Below are positions 33,505 to 44,121 of a stretch of 64,000 nucleotides of DNA, piece after piece (position 1 is the first letter of the stretch; each line of letters begins with the position of its first letter). Made by a program: the position numbers and the translations under genes. The stretch comes from Calditrichia bacterium (lineage in GTDB: Bacteria; Calditrichota; Calditrichia; JAJRVZ01): NCBI GenBank assembly GCA_963796965.1, contig CAWCNS010000009.1, positions 192,001-256,000 on the forward strand, read 5' to 3'. The notes under the pieces were generated by a model, which saw only the letters and a program-made list of their open reading frames with translations, was not told the DNA's origin and did not search any database.

Positions 33505-34018
33505 ACATGCAATTAGAGCGGCTTGTGACGTTTCTGATGATACAGAAATTTGGATTTTGGGCTCTCAGGCAATACTTGGAGAATTCCCTGATGCCCCAGA
33601 GAGTTTGCGTACATCAATTGAAGTTGATGTACAGCCGAAAAATAATCCAGACAAATCGATTGAGATTGATGGTTCTCTTGGAGAACTTTCTTTGTTCCAC
33701 GAAACCCACGGTTTTTATGTACATGGAATATCTTTAGAGACTGTAAAACTTCCAAAGGATTGGGAGAAAAGGGTAATTGAGGTTAAAGATGAAGTCTCAA
33801 CAGAAGGAAACATTGGATTGTGTATCGAGGTACATGATTTAGCCGCAAGTAAACTCGTTGCTTTTAGAGATAAAGATAAGGAATTCTTCCGCGTTCTTCT
33901 TAGTGAAGATATGATTGATGTAAATCTTCTTTTGGCCCGAATTAATAAACTCTCCATAGATAAGGAATTCCAACAGAGACTAACAACCTGGATTATAGAA
34001 ACTACTGAAGATCTTTAG
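33485..34018 (+). CDS. DUF6036-like nucleotidyltransferase (putative toxin)
   Basis: 'TREQLEHAIRAA', 'ILGSQAILG', 'S.EVDV', 'IDGSLGELSLFHETHGFY', 'HDLAASKL.AFRDKD.EF'. TTG start after GGAGG, overlapping the upstream gene. Confidence 0.8.
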   Translation: MTREQLEHAIRAACDVSDDTEIWILGSQAILGEFPDAPESLRTSIEVDVQPKNNPDKSIEIDGSLGELSLFHETHGFYVHGISLETVKLPKDWEKRVIEVKDEVSTEGNIGLCIEVHDLAASKLVAFRDKDKEFFRVLLSEDMIDVNLLLARINKLSIDKEFQQRLTTWIIETTEDL

Positions 34019-34054
34019 ATACAAGGTTAAAATCCATACGCCAGTAGGCACATC

Positions 34055-34330
34055 TTCGATCCCTTAGCGGGCCCACCAATTTTCAGGCCAATGGCCTTCA
34101 GTAAATTCGAAGCACTAATATCTTGCCAAAGGCATCCCTTCGGGAAAATCCTAAACAATTTCGAATATCCAAATCTAAAATCAGTCCAAACATCGAGTCT
34201 CTTTTTTTATTTGTGACATTGGATTTTGGGTTTTGACTCGTCCTGAATAAGTTGACAGAAAGGAATTAAAATGTCAACTTATTCAGGACTTGACAGATTA
34301 TTTAGAGTTTAGTGCTTAGGATTTAGAATG
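34055..34330 (+). repeat. Degenerate tRNA 3' end plus tRNA-downstream flank copy
   Basis: TTCGATCCC...GCCCACCA then AAGCACTAATATCT..AAATCCTAAACAA...TTTAGTGCTTAGGATTTAGA as in 22144-22285. Shares 'TTCAGGCCAATGG.CTTCAG' with 40809. Confidence 0.75.
34234..34295. mobile_element. 62-bp miniature element resembling fused IS ends (TG...CA)
   Basis: Perfect 18-bp IR GTCCTGAATAAGTTGACA / TGTCAACTTATTCAGGAC. Absent from the homologous flank copies. Confidence 0.6.
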
Positions 34331-34590
34331 AATATGTACAACTCTTCCCTACCTCTCAAAAAATAACTGCACTAAACACCTTGATTCTGGTTTGAACAAG
34401 CCGGTATTCACCAAAATAATTTGCCCAATCCGTTTCTCACTTTCTGAAAAGAGGAACGGATGGTTCGGGCAATGCATAAAGAATCAGGAGGGAACATAAA
34501 GAAGTGTAATAATTTCTTCGCGTTTTCGCGCCTTGGCGTGAGAATACTTTCTCTCACCAAGCAAGAGATAAAAAGAATAAGTACTCCTGG

Positions 34591-35133
34591 TTAGAATCCA
34601 AATGTGGCACTGAGCATCACGGCTGAGAGTGCTTCTAAATTTTCAACCTGAAAGTTTTCATATTCCAGCCTGACGCCAATTGGGCCCAGAGATACACCTG
34701 CGCCCAGACCCCAGGAAAACGCGGTGCCGCTTTCATCTCCAATAATCGTTCCAACGAGCTTGCTTTCACTGCTCCAGAATAGTACACCGGCTTTGGCGAA
34801 TAAATCCAGTATCTTTAGGACTTCAAAATGGGCCATACCATACACATCCCAACCGGTTGTTTGCGATTCGAACTGCAGGTCTCCGATATTCGTATCTACG
34901 GTACCAAAATTCCGATAGCCACCCTCAATGCCAAAAATAGTTGGGGTATTAAATCCAGCGAAGAACTTATATCCGGTTGAATTTTCGGATATGTCCTTGA
35001 CCTGCTCTTCAATCTCAGCTTCAGCGCCAAAAAAACTGTTTCCTATCCCAGCCCCAATATATAATCCCTGGGCAGACAAAGAGCTGATACTAACAATACA
35101 AATCAATGTAAAAATAACCAGTAAGTATCTCAT
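34591..35133 (-). CDS. OmpA-like outer-membrane beta-barrel protein
   Basis: 'GLYIGAGIG', 'GIEGGYRNFG', 'DLFAKAG...W', 'GVRLEYENF', terminal F. Confidence 0.85.
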   Translation of the reverse strand: MRYLLVIFTLICIVSISSLSAQGLYIGAGIGNSFFGAEAEIEEQVKDISENSTGYKFFAGFNTPTIFGIEGGYRNFGTVDTNIGDLQFESQTTGWDVYGMAHFEVLKILDLFAKAGVLFWSSESKLVGTIIGDESGTAFSWGLGAGVSLGPIGVRLEYENFQVENLEALSAVMLSATFGF

Positions 35134-35294
35134 GATCCCTCCTGAATTAATAGTAAATTAGTAAACTATGAGTGGGTTCGTGTTATGGTGATCTTTGACA
35201 GCAGAGTGTAACACGCCACATATCCCGATCTAAATATTCGTCAATTAAAATCTTGTCTTTCGGGACTTAATGTAGATATAATTATTTACAGATG

Positions 35295-36902
35295 CTACCG
35301 GTTTAACACAATCCCGCTACAATTCTGGTGCACCGAAAAGCCCGGGGTTCGGGTAATACTTTTCACCGAAATGTCATCAAAAACCGAATCCTGCACATCA
35401 TCCAGCATAAACGCCGGGCGGCCATCCGGCTGTTCAATTGCCACTGAAATGTGGTTCATTTGAATATTCCGCGCGTGACGAATGTAAAAACCGAATGCCG
35501 GCAGCATTCCAAACATCCGGTTTTCCGGATATTTATTCCCCGCTTCCGGAATTTCCCGCAAAGCGGCATCGGCTGTTGCCGGTGGAAATCCACCCTGAAT
35601 CGTAATCGACATATTTTCAAGCGTCACATTTTCAATTAAATTGCCGGGAATTCCACAAATCGACGAAGCAAACGCCGGATAATTATGCCGCTTGCGCTCT
35701 TCATCATTAAATTTTTCAGCGCGATTGACCGTGGCCTGAATATCATGAATTTTAACATTCCGCAAAATTCCCGGCCGAACGGTCAGCGCGCCGTAAATCG
35801 GACGATTTCGGTCACCCAGCCGCAGGGTGACCGGCGTGCCAACGCCGTTCATTCGGATATTCCGCACGGTAATATTTTCCATGATCCCGCCGTCCACAAT
35901 CTGCAGCGCAACCCCGGAAATACCGGTTTGCCAGACTTCGTTGTCCTCAATCAAAATCTCACGAAATCCACCGGAAGAATCCGTGCCCATTTTAATTCCG
36001 TTACAAAGCGTCCGCACCCGGTTTTTGCGAATCACCCCGTTCCGGCAACCGGCTGCGGTGTAGCCTTTCAGACAAATCCCGTCGTCATCGGCGTTGATAT
36101 CACAATTTTCCACCAAAAAATCCTCGCAATCCAGCAAATCGATCCCGTCGGCATTATGAAAATAATTTTCCGTAACCGTAATATGATCCACATGAACCTG
36201 GCGGCAGCGGGTGTATGCCTGCGTCCACCACACCGAATGCCGAAAAGTGACGTCTTTTACCGTAATATTTTCGCACGCCTCAAACCAGATTAATGTCGGA
36301 TTTTCAGCCTTTTTTTCCTGAAATTCGCCGGTCCCGTCCAGCAGCGCATTGCCGTCGAGAATGCCTTCGCCGGAAACCGAAATATTTTTTTCCCGCCGGG
36401 CATAAATCAGCGTGCGTTTCAGGTACTTCTGGTAGCGAATTTCCTGTTCAAACGGGCGCAGCGGAAAATCTTTAAAATACGGACTTGCCAGCAAAATCGC
36501 ACCTTTTTGCAGATACAGGGTGACGTTACTTTTTAGTACAAGCGAGCCGGTCAGGTAAGTTCCGGGCGGCACGATCACCCGCCCGCCATTTTTTTCCCCG
36601 CAAGCATCAATCGCCTGCTGAATCGCCACGGTGTTCAGCGTTTTTCCGTCGCCGACGGCATCAAAATCCAGAATATTCAGCTCAATCGGTTCATCAGGAG
36701 CAGCAAAACCAGTCGTTCCGGCGAAAAGAATGCCGGTCGCGGCAAGGGTACCGGTTTTCATAAATTCCCGCCGGGTGGAATTTTGTTTTTGTCGGCTCTT
36801 AGTAGAGATTTGGTTTGGGCGCACTTTCTTTTCCTTTTGATTTATTTCGGGTTGAATTTGCCAATTGCAGGCATTACAACCTTCCAATATGACAAGTGGC
36901 AT
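35295..36902 (-). CDS. GH28 family glycoside hydrolase with Tat signal (true start probably GTG ~36821)
   Basis: 'TRREFMK', 'A.GDGKTLNT.AIQQAIDAC', 'NADGID', 'DDGICLK', 'NGIKMGT'. Confidence 0.88.
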   Translation of the reverse strand: MPLVILEGCNACNWQIQPEINQKEKKVRPNQISTKSRQKQNSTRREFMKTGTLAATGILFAGTTGFAAPDEPIELNILDFDAVGDGKTLNTVAIQQAIDACGEKNGGRVIVPPGTYLTGSLVLKSNVTLYLQKGAILLASPYFKDFPLRPFEQEIRYQKYLKRTLIYARREKNISVSGEGILDGNALLDGTGEFQEKKAENPTLIWFEACENITVKDVTFRHSVWWTQAYTRCRQVHVDHITVTENYFHNADGIDLLDCEDFLVENCDINADDDGICLKGYTAAGCRNGVIRKNRVRTLCNGIKMGTDSSGGFREILIEDNEVWQTGISGVALQIVDGGIMENITVRNIRMNGVGTPVTLRLGDRNRPIYGALTVRPGILRNVKIHDIQATVNRAEKFNDEERKRHNYPAFASSICGIPGNLIENVTLENMSITIQGGFPPATADAALREIPEAGNKYPENRMFGMLPAFGFYIRHARNIQMNHISVAIEQPDGRPAFMLDDVQDSVFDDISVKSITRTPGFSVHQNCSGIVLNR

Positions 36903-37005
36903 TTAGAAGTAATTTCCTACCAACCGAAGAAAAAGCTTGATGCGGGCTACAATGCCAGCAGGTCAGGTCAATTTCCCGGTAAAAGCGGCTCCTATGCAGA
37001 GCATG

Positions 37006-38658
37006 TTAATCGGTGGCTACCTTCACATCCTTGAACATGAACGGGTTGTCGCTGAGTCTCAAGTCCTTGCCGCTGGTGGTCGTCACATTCCTGAGAATGA
37101 CTTCCCTGGTTCTGACATAGGGAAACTTCTCCTGGTAGGAATCGTCGGTCATTTGCGGATTGAAATTTGCAAAAATGGCAGGACCCTGGTAATCCTCCGG
37201 ATGATTGGCGTCATCGATATGAAGGGCTTCGATGGTGATCCGTTCCGGCATGTAACAGGTGTAGCCGAAATCATGCTGCCCGGAATAAGAACCGCTTATC
37301 AGGCTTGCGCTGGTTGGTCTGCCGCCAGCGGGCACGAAAATGCAGTTGCGAATAACGAATTCTCCCTGCCATGTACTGCCGTAGTCTGAGCGCAGGTTGA
37401 TGAGGCTCCTTCCGCGGATGGTGCAATTCTCTACAGTTAAGATCCCGCTGCCTATGGCATTAATTCCCATGTGTCCCAGGGTTGAGTTGCGGATGGTGGC
37501 ATTGGCAACCCCCATGTGGGCGTCAAACCGGGAAAGGGTGCATGTGTCATAAAGAAGATTTTTGCAGTAGTTGGAACCCAGGATTCCCCAGTAGTTGCTG
37601 TCATTGATATCATTTGTCTGACTGCAGTTCACGAATGATACATTGAGTGCACGGCTGACCGAAATGTCGTAACTGCCCATAGAGACGGGCTTCCCAGCTG
37701 AGCCAATGGTGCGATATGTTTTGTGTCCGGTCAGGATGGTGTTCTGAACAGTTACGTAAGCGCAGTCACGGATATTGATGAAGCCGCCATAGGGCGCACC
37801 ATGGTCTCCTTCGCTAACTACACGATGTTCCAGCCCATCCACAAGCACATTGGAACGTCTGATCGCGATGTTTCGGCTATAATAGGTGTACTTCGATTCT
37901 GCCCTGTTGGCGATTGTGGTGAAACGTCCACCGGTGATGTTCAGCGTCGTCTCGTCAATGGGAAGGGCGGTAATTTCCGTAATCTGGTCGAAGTCCCAGA
38001 TGATCGGAGCATCCATATCCACATTGCCGTTTTTATCAACGATAAAGATATCTGTTTGCGGAGATCCATTGTTTTGGTTCAGCCCAAATCGGATATAGCG
38101 CTTTACGTGGGAATTAGTGACAGTGATCAGACAGGTTGCCGGCAAAGAGACGTTGATTTTCTCCTGATTCCTTTTTAGGGAAGCGATCCCCTCTGGATTG
38201 AACGGCTGTAGTTTGGAACTGACCATAAAAATAGATGCATTACGGTTCTGAACTTCGGTATCGTCAATGATGAAGGCCGCCGTGCCAAAATCGGTGTCGG
38301 TCCGGATTACCGCTGTGCGCTCCTTTCCTCCAATGTAGTATGTGGCCTCCTCGTCGGCTTTCACCAAAAGGCCGTGCTGATTGGCGAATGCATGAGCCGC
38401 AGCGATAGCGTCTATATCATCGGTTTTGCCGTTGCCCATGGCACCAAAGTCACTATAGCGGACCAATCCAATGGCTTTAAATTTAAGGACATCCTTTGGG
38501 GATACATTTACATGTAATTCCCCATTTTCAATTGTGCGTACCTGGGTTTTACTATTTTTGGATGTTATCACTACGTTTTCAAGCGGGCTTTTGGTCTGCG
38601 CCTGCGCTACAATTACACAGGAAAATAAGAAGAGCATTAAGAGCATGTATTTCATCAT
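37006..38658 (-). CDS. Secreted pectin-lyase-fold (beta-helix) protein
   Basis: Signal peptide; 'YSDFGAMGNGKTDDIDAIAAAH'; Asn/Cys-rich beta-helix-type strands. Confidence 0.7.
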   Translation of the reverse strand: MMKYMLLMLFLFSCVIVAQAQTKSPLENVVITSKNSKTQVRTIENGELHVNVSPKDVLKFKAIGLVRYSDFGAMGNGKTDDIDAIAAAHAFANQHGLLVKADEEATYYIGGKERTAVIRTDTDFGTAAFIIDDTEVQNRNASIFMVSSKLQPFNPEGIASLKRNQEKINVSLPATCLITVTNSHVKRYIRFGLNQNNGSPQTDIFIVDKNGNVDMDAPIIWDFDQITEITALPIDETTLNITGGRFTTIANRAESKYTYYSRNIAIRRSNVLVDGLEHRVVSEGDHGAPYGGFINIRDCAYVTVQNTILTGHKTYRTIGSAGKPVSMGSYDISVSRALNVSFVNCSQTNDINDSNYWGILGSNYCKNLLYDTCTLSRFDAHMGVANATIRNSTLGHMGINAIGSGILTVENCTIRGRSLINLRSDYGSTWQGEFVIRNCIFVPAGGRPTSASLISGSYSGQHDFGYTCYMPERITIEALHIDDANHPEDYQGPAIFANFNPQMTDDSYQEKFPYVRTREVILRNVTTTSGKDLRLSDNPFMFKDVKVATD

Positions 38659-38970
38659 GAGAGTATTTTAATAGTAATCAATTTCAGAAAAAATCAATTG
38701 GATTGTAAGATATTAGGTTTACTCGTAAATCTCATCATAAACTCGCAATTTTCACGCATAAATGCAAAAATACATTCAATTGGATTGTAAGCTTCCCAAA
38801 GGTTCGCAACGGATAAAAACCAAAAAATGGGTACAAATAAATTAATCACAGAGGCACAGAGTAAAAATTCTGAACAGTTTTGACGCCTAAATTTTGGGAT
38901 ATTATTAAATTAAATGAGGATTTGGGCGACGACTTTCCAATAAATATATTAGTTTAAATACTTCGCCTTA

Positions 38971-39074
38971 AGGGTACTTTTAGTACCCTATTTTTAATAT
39001 ATTTAAACTTATGTTGATTTAAATATTTACATTATAGTTTAATTTTGTTATTATTAGGGTACTAATGGTACCTT
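38971..39074. promoter_or_regulatory. Two inverted-repeat operators upstream of abiEi
   Basis: AGGGTACT-TTT-AGTACCCT (38971-38989) and AGGGTACT-AAT-GGTACCTT (39056-39074). Confidence 0.75.
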
Positions 39075-39078
39075 AATT

Positions 39079-39834
39079 ATGACAAAAATAAACCAATTGA
39101 TAAAAGAATGGCCCAAAGGCACGGTAATGACTTTGGACTATCTGAAGCAATACGGGATAAACCGCGAATTAATAAAACGCTATCGTAGAAGCGATTGGAT
39201 AGAAAATGTGGGGCGTGGCGCTTACCGTTTAGCCGGAGATAATCTTGAATTAGCGGGTGGTTTATATGCCGTTCAAAGTCAACTGAAACAAAAGATACAT
39301 ATAGGAGCAAGAACCGCCCTGGAGATGAAGGGGTATGCTCACTATCTTGGTCCCGGTATTCGAAAAGTATTCATGTTTGGTCAACCAGGAGAATACTTAC
39401 CAGTGTGGTTTAAAAAATATAATTGGCCGGTTGATTACTACTATACAACGACAAACTTATTTCCTGATAATTTGCCTTCTTCTTTTACAACGTCAAAATA
39501 CAAAGATATCGATATAACTATATCCACAACGGAGAGGGCTGTTCTAGAGATGCTACATCTAATACCGGAACAACAAGGATTTGATGAAGCATTGCAAATA
39601 GCAAAATCATTAACCACGTTGCGGCCCGATTTATTACAAAATCTATTAGAGAATTGCAGATCAATAAAAGTTAAAAGACTTTTCATGTATATGTCTGAAA
39701 AAGAAAACCACTTTTGGTTTAGTGATCTGAATCTTGATAGGATCGATCTTGGATCAGGAAAGCGTATGGTTATAAAAAATGGATATTTGGATAAAAAATA
39801 CAATATAACAGTTCCAAGGACATCTGAAAATTGA
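39079..39834 (+). CDS. abiEi: Type IV TA antitoxin AbiEi
   Basis: 'KINQL...WPKG', 'Y..S.W...GRGAY', 'HIGARTALE..GYAHY', 'S..ERA.LE.L', 'LRP..LQ.LLENC.SIKVKRLF', 'DLGSGKR'. Confidence 0.9.
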   Translation: MTKINQLIKEWPKGTVMTLDYLKQYGINRELIKRYRRSDWIENVGRGAYRLAGDNLELAGGLYAVQSQLKQKIHIGARTALEMKGYAHYLGPGIRKVFMFGQPGEYLPVWFKKYNWPVDYYYTTTNLFPDNLPSSFTTSKYKDIDITISTTERAVLEMLHLIPEQQGFDEALQIAKSLTTLRPDLLQNLLENCRSIKVKRLFMYMSEKENHFWFSDLNLDRIDLGSGKRMVIKNGYLDKKYNITVPRTSEN

Positions 39835-40745
39835 AAGATTCTATTTTTTACCGGCAGGCGAATTTAGTTCTGGATATTCTTCCGCTTATTGCAAAATTTG
39901 ATTCTTTTGCATTAAAGGGCGGCACAGCCATTAACTATTTCATCAGGGACCTCCCAAGACTCTCTGTCGATATTGACTTAACTTATCTGCCAATTGAGGA
40001 CAGGCAGACTACCCTAAATTCTATTAATACAATATTAGATGCGTTATCTGAAGAAATTGCAGATACGATTTCGTCTATTAGTATTGCACCGAAAATAAAT
40101 AAAACGACTCAAAATATTGAACGCCTGGTGATAGAACAATCTGGCGTAACGATAAAGATTGAACCGAATCTAATAATTCGGAGTAGTGTTTATCCCCCTG
40201 CAAGAATGATATTAGGTTCAGCTGCCGGCAAATATTTTGAAAAATCGGTAAAAATCCAGACACTTGCTCTTGAAGACCTGTATGGTGGTAAAATATGTGC
40301 CTCTTTAGATCGCCAGCACCCAAGAGATTTGTTTGATATAAAACTATTATTGGATAATGAAGGAATTACATATAAAATACGCACTGCGTTTATCATATAT
40401 CTGATAAGTCATAATCGTCCGATGAATGAATTATTAAATCCGACTTTTCAAGACATTTCACACCAATTTACAGCAGAGTTCCGGGGTATGACTTTTATCC
40501 CAATCGCATTAGATGAACTGAATCATGCCAGGAAAAAATTAGTCACTCAGTTGTTATCGGATCTAACCAAAAACGAAAAACAATTTATTATTTCTGTGAA
40601 ATCAAAGAAACCACAGTGGGATTTGATTGACGTTGAACACATAAAAGATTTACCAGCTGTGAAGTGGAAATTGCTTAATTTGGAAAAAATGGACAAGAAA
40701 AGCCATGAGAAAGCGCTAACTAAACTCATCAAAATATTTGAATGA
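39831..40745 (+). CDS. abiEii: Type IV TA nucleotidyltransferase toxin AbiEii
   Basis: 'FALKGGTAINYF.RDLPRLSVDIDLTY', 'IKIE', 'LYGGKICA.LDRQHPRDLFD', 'LPAV.WKL.NL'. 4-bp overlap with abiEi. Confidence 0.92.
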   Translation: MKDSIFYRQANLVLDILPLIAKFDSFALKGGTAINYFIRDLPRLSVDIDLTYLPIEDRQTTLNSINTILDALSEEIADTISSISIAPKINKTTQNIERLVIEQSGVTIKIEPNLIIRSSVYPPARMILGSAAGKYFEKSVKIQTLALEDLYGGKICASLDRQHPRDLFDIKLLLDNEGITYKIRTAFIIYLISHNRPMNELLNPTFQDISHQFTAEFRGMTFIPIALDELNHARKKLVTQLLSDLTKNEKQFIISVKSKKPQWDLIDVEHIKDLPAVKWKLLNLEKMDKKSHEKALTKLIKIFE

Positions 40746-40785
40746 TTCATATACAAAAATTTTCAATCACAGGATTCAAAGGACA

Positions 40786-40975
40786 GAATCTAGTATCGCC
40801 CACCAATCTTCAGGCCAATGGTCTTCAGAAAATTCGAAGCGCTAATATCTAAATCCTAAACAAATTCGAATTATCCAAATTCTAAAACCTGTCTTGAACC
40901 AAGGCTGGTTTTTTTATTTATAACTTTCATATTTCAGATTTATTTAGAAATTAGGGTTTAGGATTTAGTATTTAC
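40786..40975 (+). repeat. tRNA-Val 3' end plus terminator/flank copy (attR-like)
   Basis: GAATCTAGTATCGCCCACCA matches 19/20 of the tRNA end. Then AATATCTAAATCCTAAACAA, terminator AAAACCTGTCTT..AAGGCTGGTTTTTTT and TTAGGATTTAG. Confidence 0.85.
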
Positions 40976-41194
40976 ACTGCCGCAGGCAGTGCCAGGGGGT
41001 CATTGGTTGAACGAACCCCGGTTAGGGGTGAGTGAAATCCGCACGCCATTTGGCTGAAAATCCGCCCACCGGCGGGTTGAAAATGTGCATGGATTTAGTC
41101 TGAATTGAAATTCAATAACCTACGGTGCAACCAATGATCAAGATTTTCCAGATCCTCAAGTTCAAGTTCTTTGTAAGGTACAATAATCACTGTA

Positions 41195-43205
41195 TTACCG
41201 AATAAGTATCATTTTTTTCACATCCTGCCACTCCCCTGCCTCAATGCGATACAGGTATACGCCTGAAGATAGATTCTGCCCATTAAACTCAACTTCATGA
41301 TAACCTGCTGGTAGTTTTTCCGAGACCAGGGTAGAAACCTTTTCACCCAACAAATTATAAACATTCAGTTTCACCTCCCTGCTTGATGGTAATTGCCAAC
41401 TGATGACTGTTTTGGGATTGAATGGGTTAGGATAAGGGGATTTAAGAATAAATTGATCAGGTAGAACTAATTCTGCGGACGATTTAACCTTTATTTCTTC
41501 AACACTATGATATTGCGCTATGCCATTATAAGCTACGTCTGCCAGCCGATATTGATAAGTTTCCCCGGGAGCGACTGAATTATCTTGATAATGATATTCG
41601 GTCCTGGTGGATTTATTACCCTGCCCCCTTAATTCTTGATTATCAATATGAGTGGCTATATTCGTCCAGCCTTCATCAATTAACATTCTTCGTCCGATTT
41701 TTCTAATTCTTCTTTGAATGATAAATCCCAGATTATTCATCTCACTTTCAGTCGCCCAACTTATTAAAATATAATTTTCCTCTTGCCGCACTGAAAAACA
41801 GGAAAGAAAAACGGGGAGAGAACCATCTGTAGCACCTAACGTTTTTAAGCATATATCCCAGGGATAAACTGTATCATTACCAATCGCCAGCCAGCTAGAT
41901 CCGGATGAACTGATCCAACATTTTCCACTTTCGATTTGTGGCTCAGAATAGCCAGGCTGAGAAGTTTCAATAGGCACAGGCCAGGTGGTTCCCGGCATAT
42001 AATATCTCACTTTTACATAAATGTCATCTCCTGAGGTGGCAGAACCATGAGATGGCATATCAAATGTATAATATCCTGCATAATCACAATTCTGCTGCGG
42101 AATTGAAGCGAGTAAACCGGATAGAGTACTTCCATCGAAATTATCATAAATATCTATTTGAATTTGGGAACTTGCAGAGACAGCCCAGGTACCAATTTTC
42201 ATGAGATCATGACTCTGTGTAGTAATGAATTTTACAAGCGCATAACATGTAGTAGTTCCATATCCGGCACTTGAAATAAATCCTAATTTATCATAGTATT
42301 GAAAGACCTCATCACCATCCAAATATAGACTTTTCAGGCCAATAACAGGTTGTTGAATTGACTTTTGTATCATTGTAGGAAATATAAAAGAATCCATCTT
42401 CTCCCCAGGCAGTACCCCAGCTATTGCGAATAATCCAGGCGCCCGTGCCGCCAGCAGTTACTTTATTGTCATCCCACCCGACTAATAAGACAGCATGATT
42501 CGTACTAGCAGAACCACTATAGTAATAGGTATAGTCACTGCTATTGTAAGATGCATCATCCCAGCACATGTTTGTATGTAAAGCACCATAATCGTTTATA
42601 AACTGCTTTATAACATTAGCATCATTCGGCAGAAACTTTGCTTGAGGTATGTACCCCTGTTTTGGTAGTCCTGGATGGTGAGTACCATTATCACCGGAAG
42701 AAGCCTCATATGGATCATCACTTTCGGAAACAGGGCCGTCATATCTGGATAAATATGCCGTAGACATATAGCCATTTCCACCATCACAAGCACCCGGTAT
42801 AAATCCGTGACCATAAATTAAGTTGTTTTCTGATAAATCATTATTTCCAAGTCCAAGTATTTTCCACCGTGATTCCACCGATCCCATAGTGGCAAAAGCC
42901 CAGCAGGAACCACAATTTCCTTGATCCTTTACACTAGTGAGATAACCTTCGTCACGTAAATCATAATTGGATGCTAACTCCCCAGCTGATTCAATTGGTA
43001 TTGATATTTTAGTAATAAGTTCAGAAGGTGGCGGAATATATCCTAAAGGATGCCCATCGCTGGTAAAATTTATAATTTCTTTATTGTCAAACTTAGATAA
43101 ATAGTTGAGGAACTCAGAACTTATCGGGCCAGTTGATAATTCATCTTGTGCAAACAGTAAACAAAGATTTAAAGATAAAATGGAAAAAGTCAATGTTTTA
43201 AACAA
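41195..43205 (-). CDS. Papain-family (C1) cysteine peptidase with lectin-like domain and T9SS-like CTD (frameshift near 42320)
   Basis: 'VKDQGNCGSCWAF', 'NHAVLLVGWDD', 'WIIRNSWG..WGEDGFFYISY'; CTD 'PYPNPFNP...SSGVYLYRIEAG...KKMILIR'. TTG start after GGAGG. Confidence 0.9.
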
Positions 43206-43305
43206 TTTTACCTCCAACTCATAACTTTAGTTGATACGACCTGCATTTGGTAATAAACATATCCATACAACCAACACGTGTTAATGTTGATGAGCCAAAT
43301 CTCAC

Positions 43306-43455
43306 TTAACCTTCAATATCTCCCCTTACGAATACATTTCCTATTCCATCTAAAATAATACCATATCCCTCAGCATGACCTTCAGCCCATGCTCCATCCA
43401 TCCAGGCATAATCACCATAGCCATTATATTTTATTGCAAAGAGACCATCAGTTGT
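43306..43455 (-). pseudogene. Fragment resembling an SBBP beta-propeller blade
   Basis: 'DGLFAIKYNGYGDYAW......EGYGIILDGIGNVFVRG'. Confidence 0.5.
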
Positions 43456-43756
43456 GATGTTCGGGTATGAAGCAGTCCGTTCGAGCCGCTTGTTCATTTG
43501 ATCCACGATATATTAGAAGCCTGGGCGATTTAAGTTTAGTATAGAGATTAGTGCAATTAATGAACGCATGAGAGATCTCTTTTAAAGTATTATGGCGGTA
43601 AGTTTCTGTGAAAATTCCGGATTTAATTAATTTGTATATTGTATGGCTGATACATCTTTCGTTAATCAAAATTTCGTTAACAAAAAAGGTAAAAAATAAT
43701 TTATTCACAAAGGTGTCTGAATATTCAAATTGAGGACATTATTTATACTTACTTAA

Positions 43757-43930
<174 letters not shown>

Positions 43931-44121
43931 CTATCAGTAAGGGAATTTTTCTAGCCCGTAAAAGCATTATAAATATTAATCTGTAGAATTCGTCGAGGCT
44001 CTGCCTCGGGGTTTCCTTTTTCTCCCTCGCCTTTAGGAGAGGATTGGTGAGAGGAAAATAAAATTTAATATTTTTCATCTAAAATAAATGTGTATTACTT
44101 ACCTAAAGATTGAAGGATAAT

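Noticed and set aside
34040..34080. A second complete tRNA gene
   Set aside because: Only a T-loop-like stretch and CCCACCA are present; there is no D arm, anticodon arm or 5' acceptor strand.
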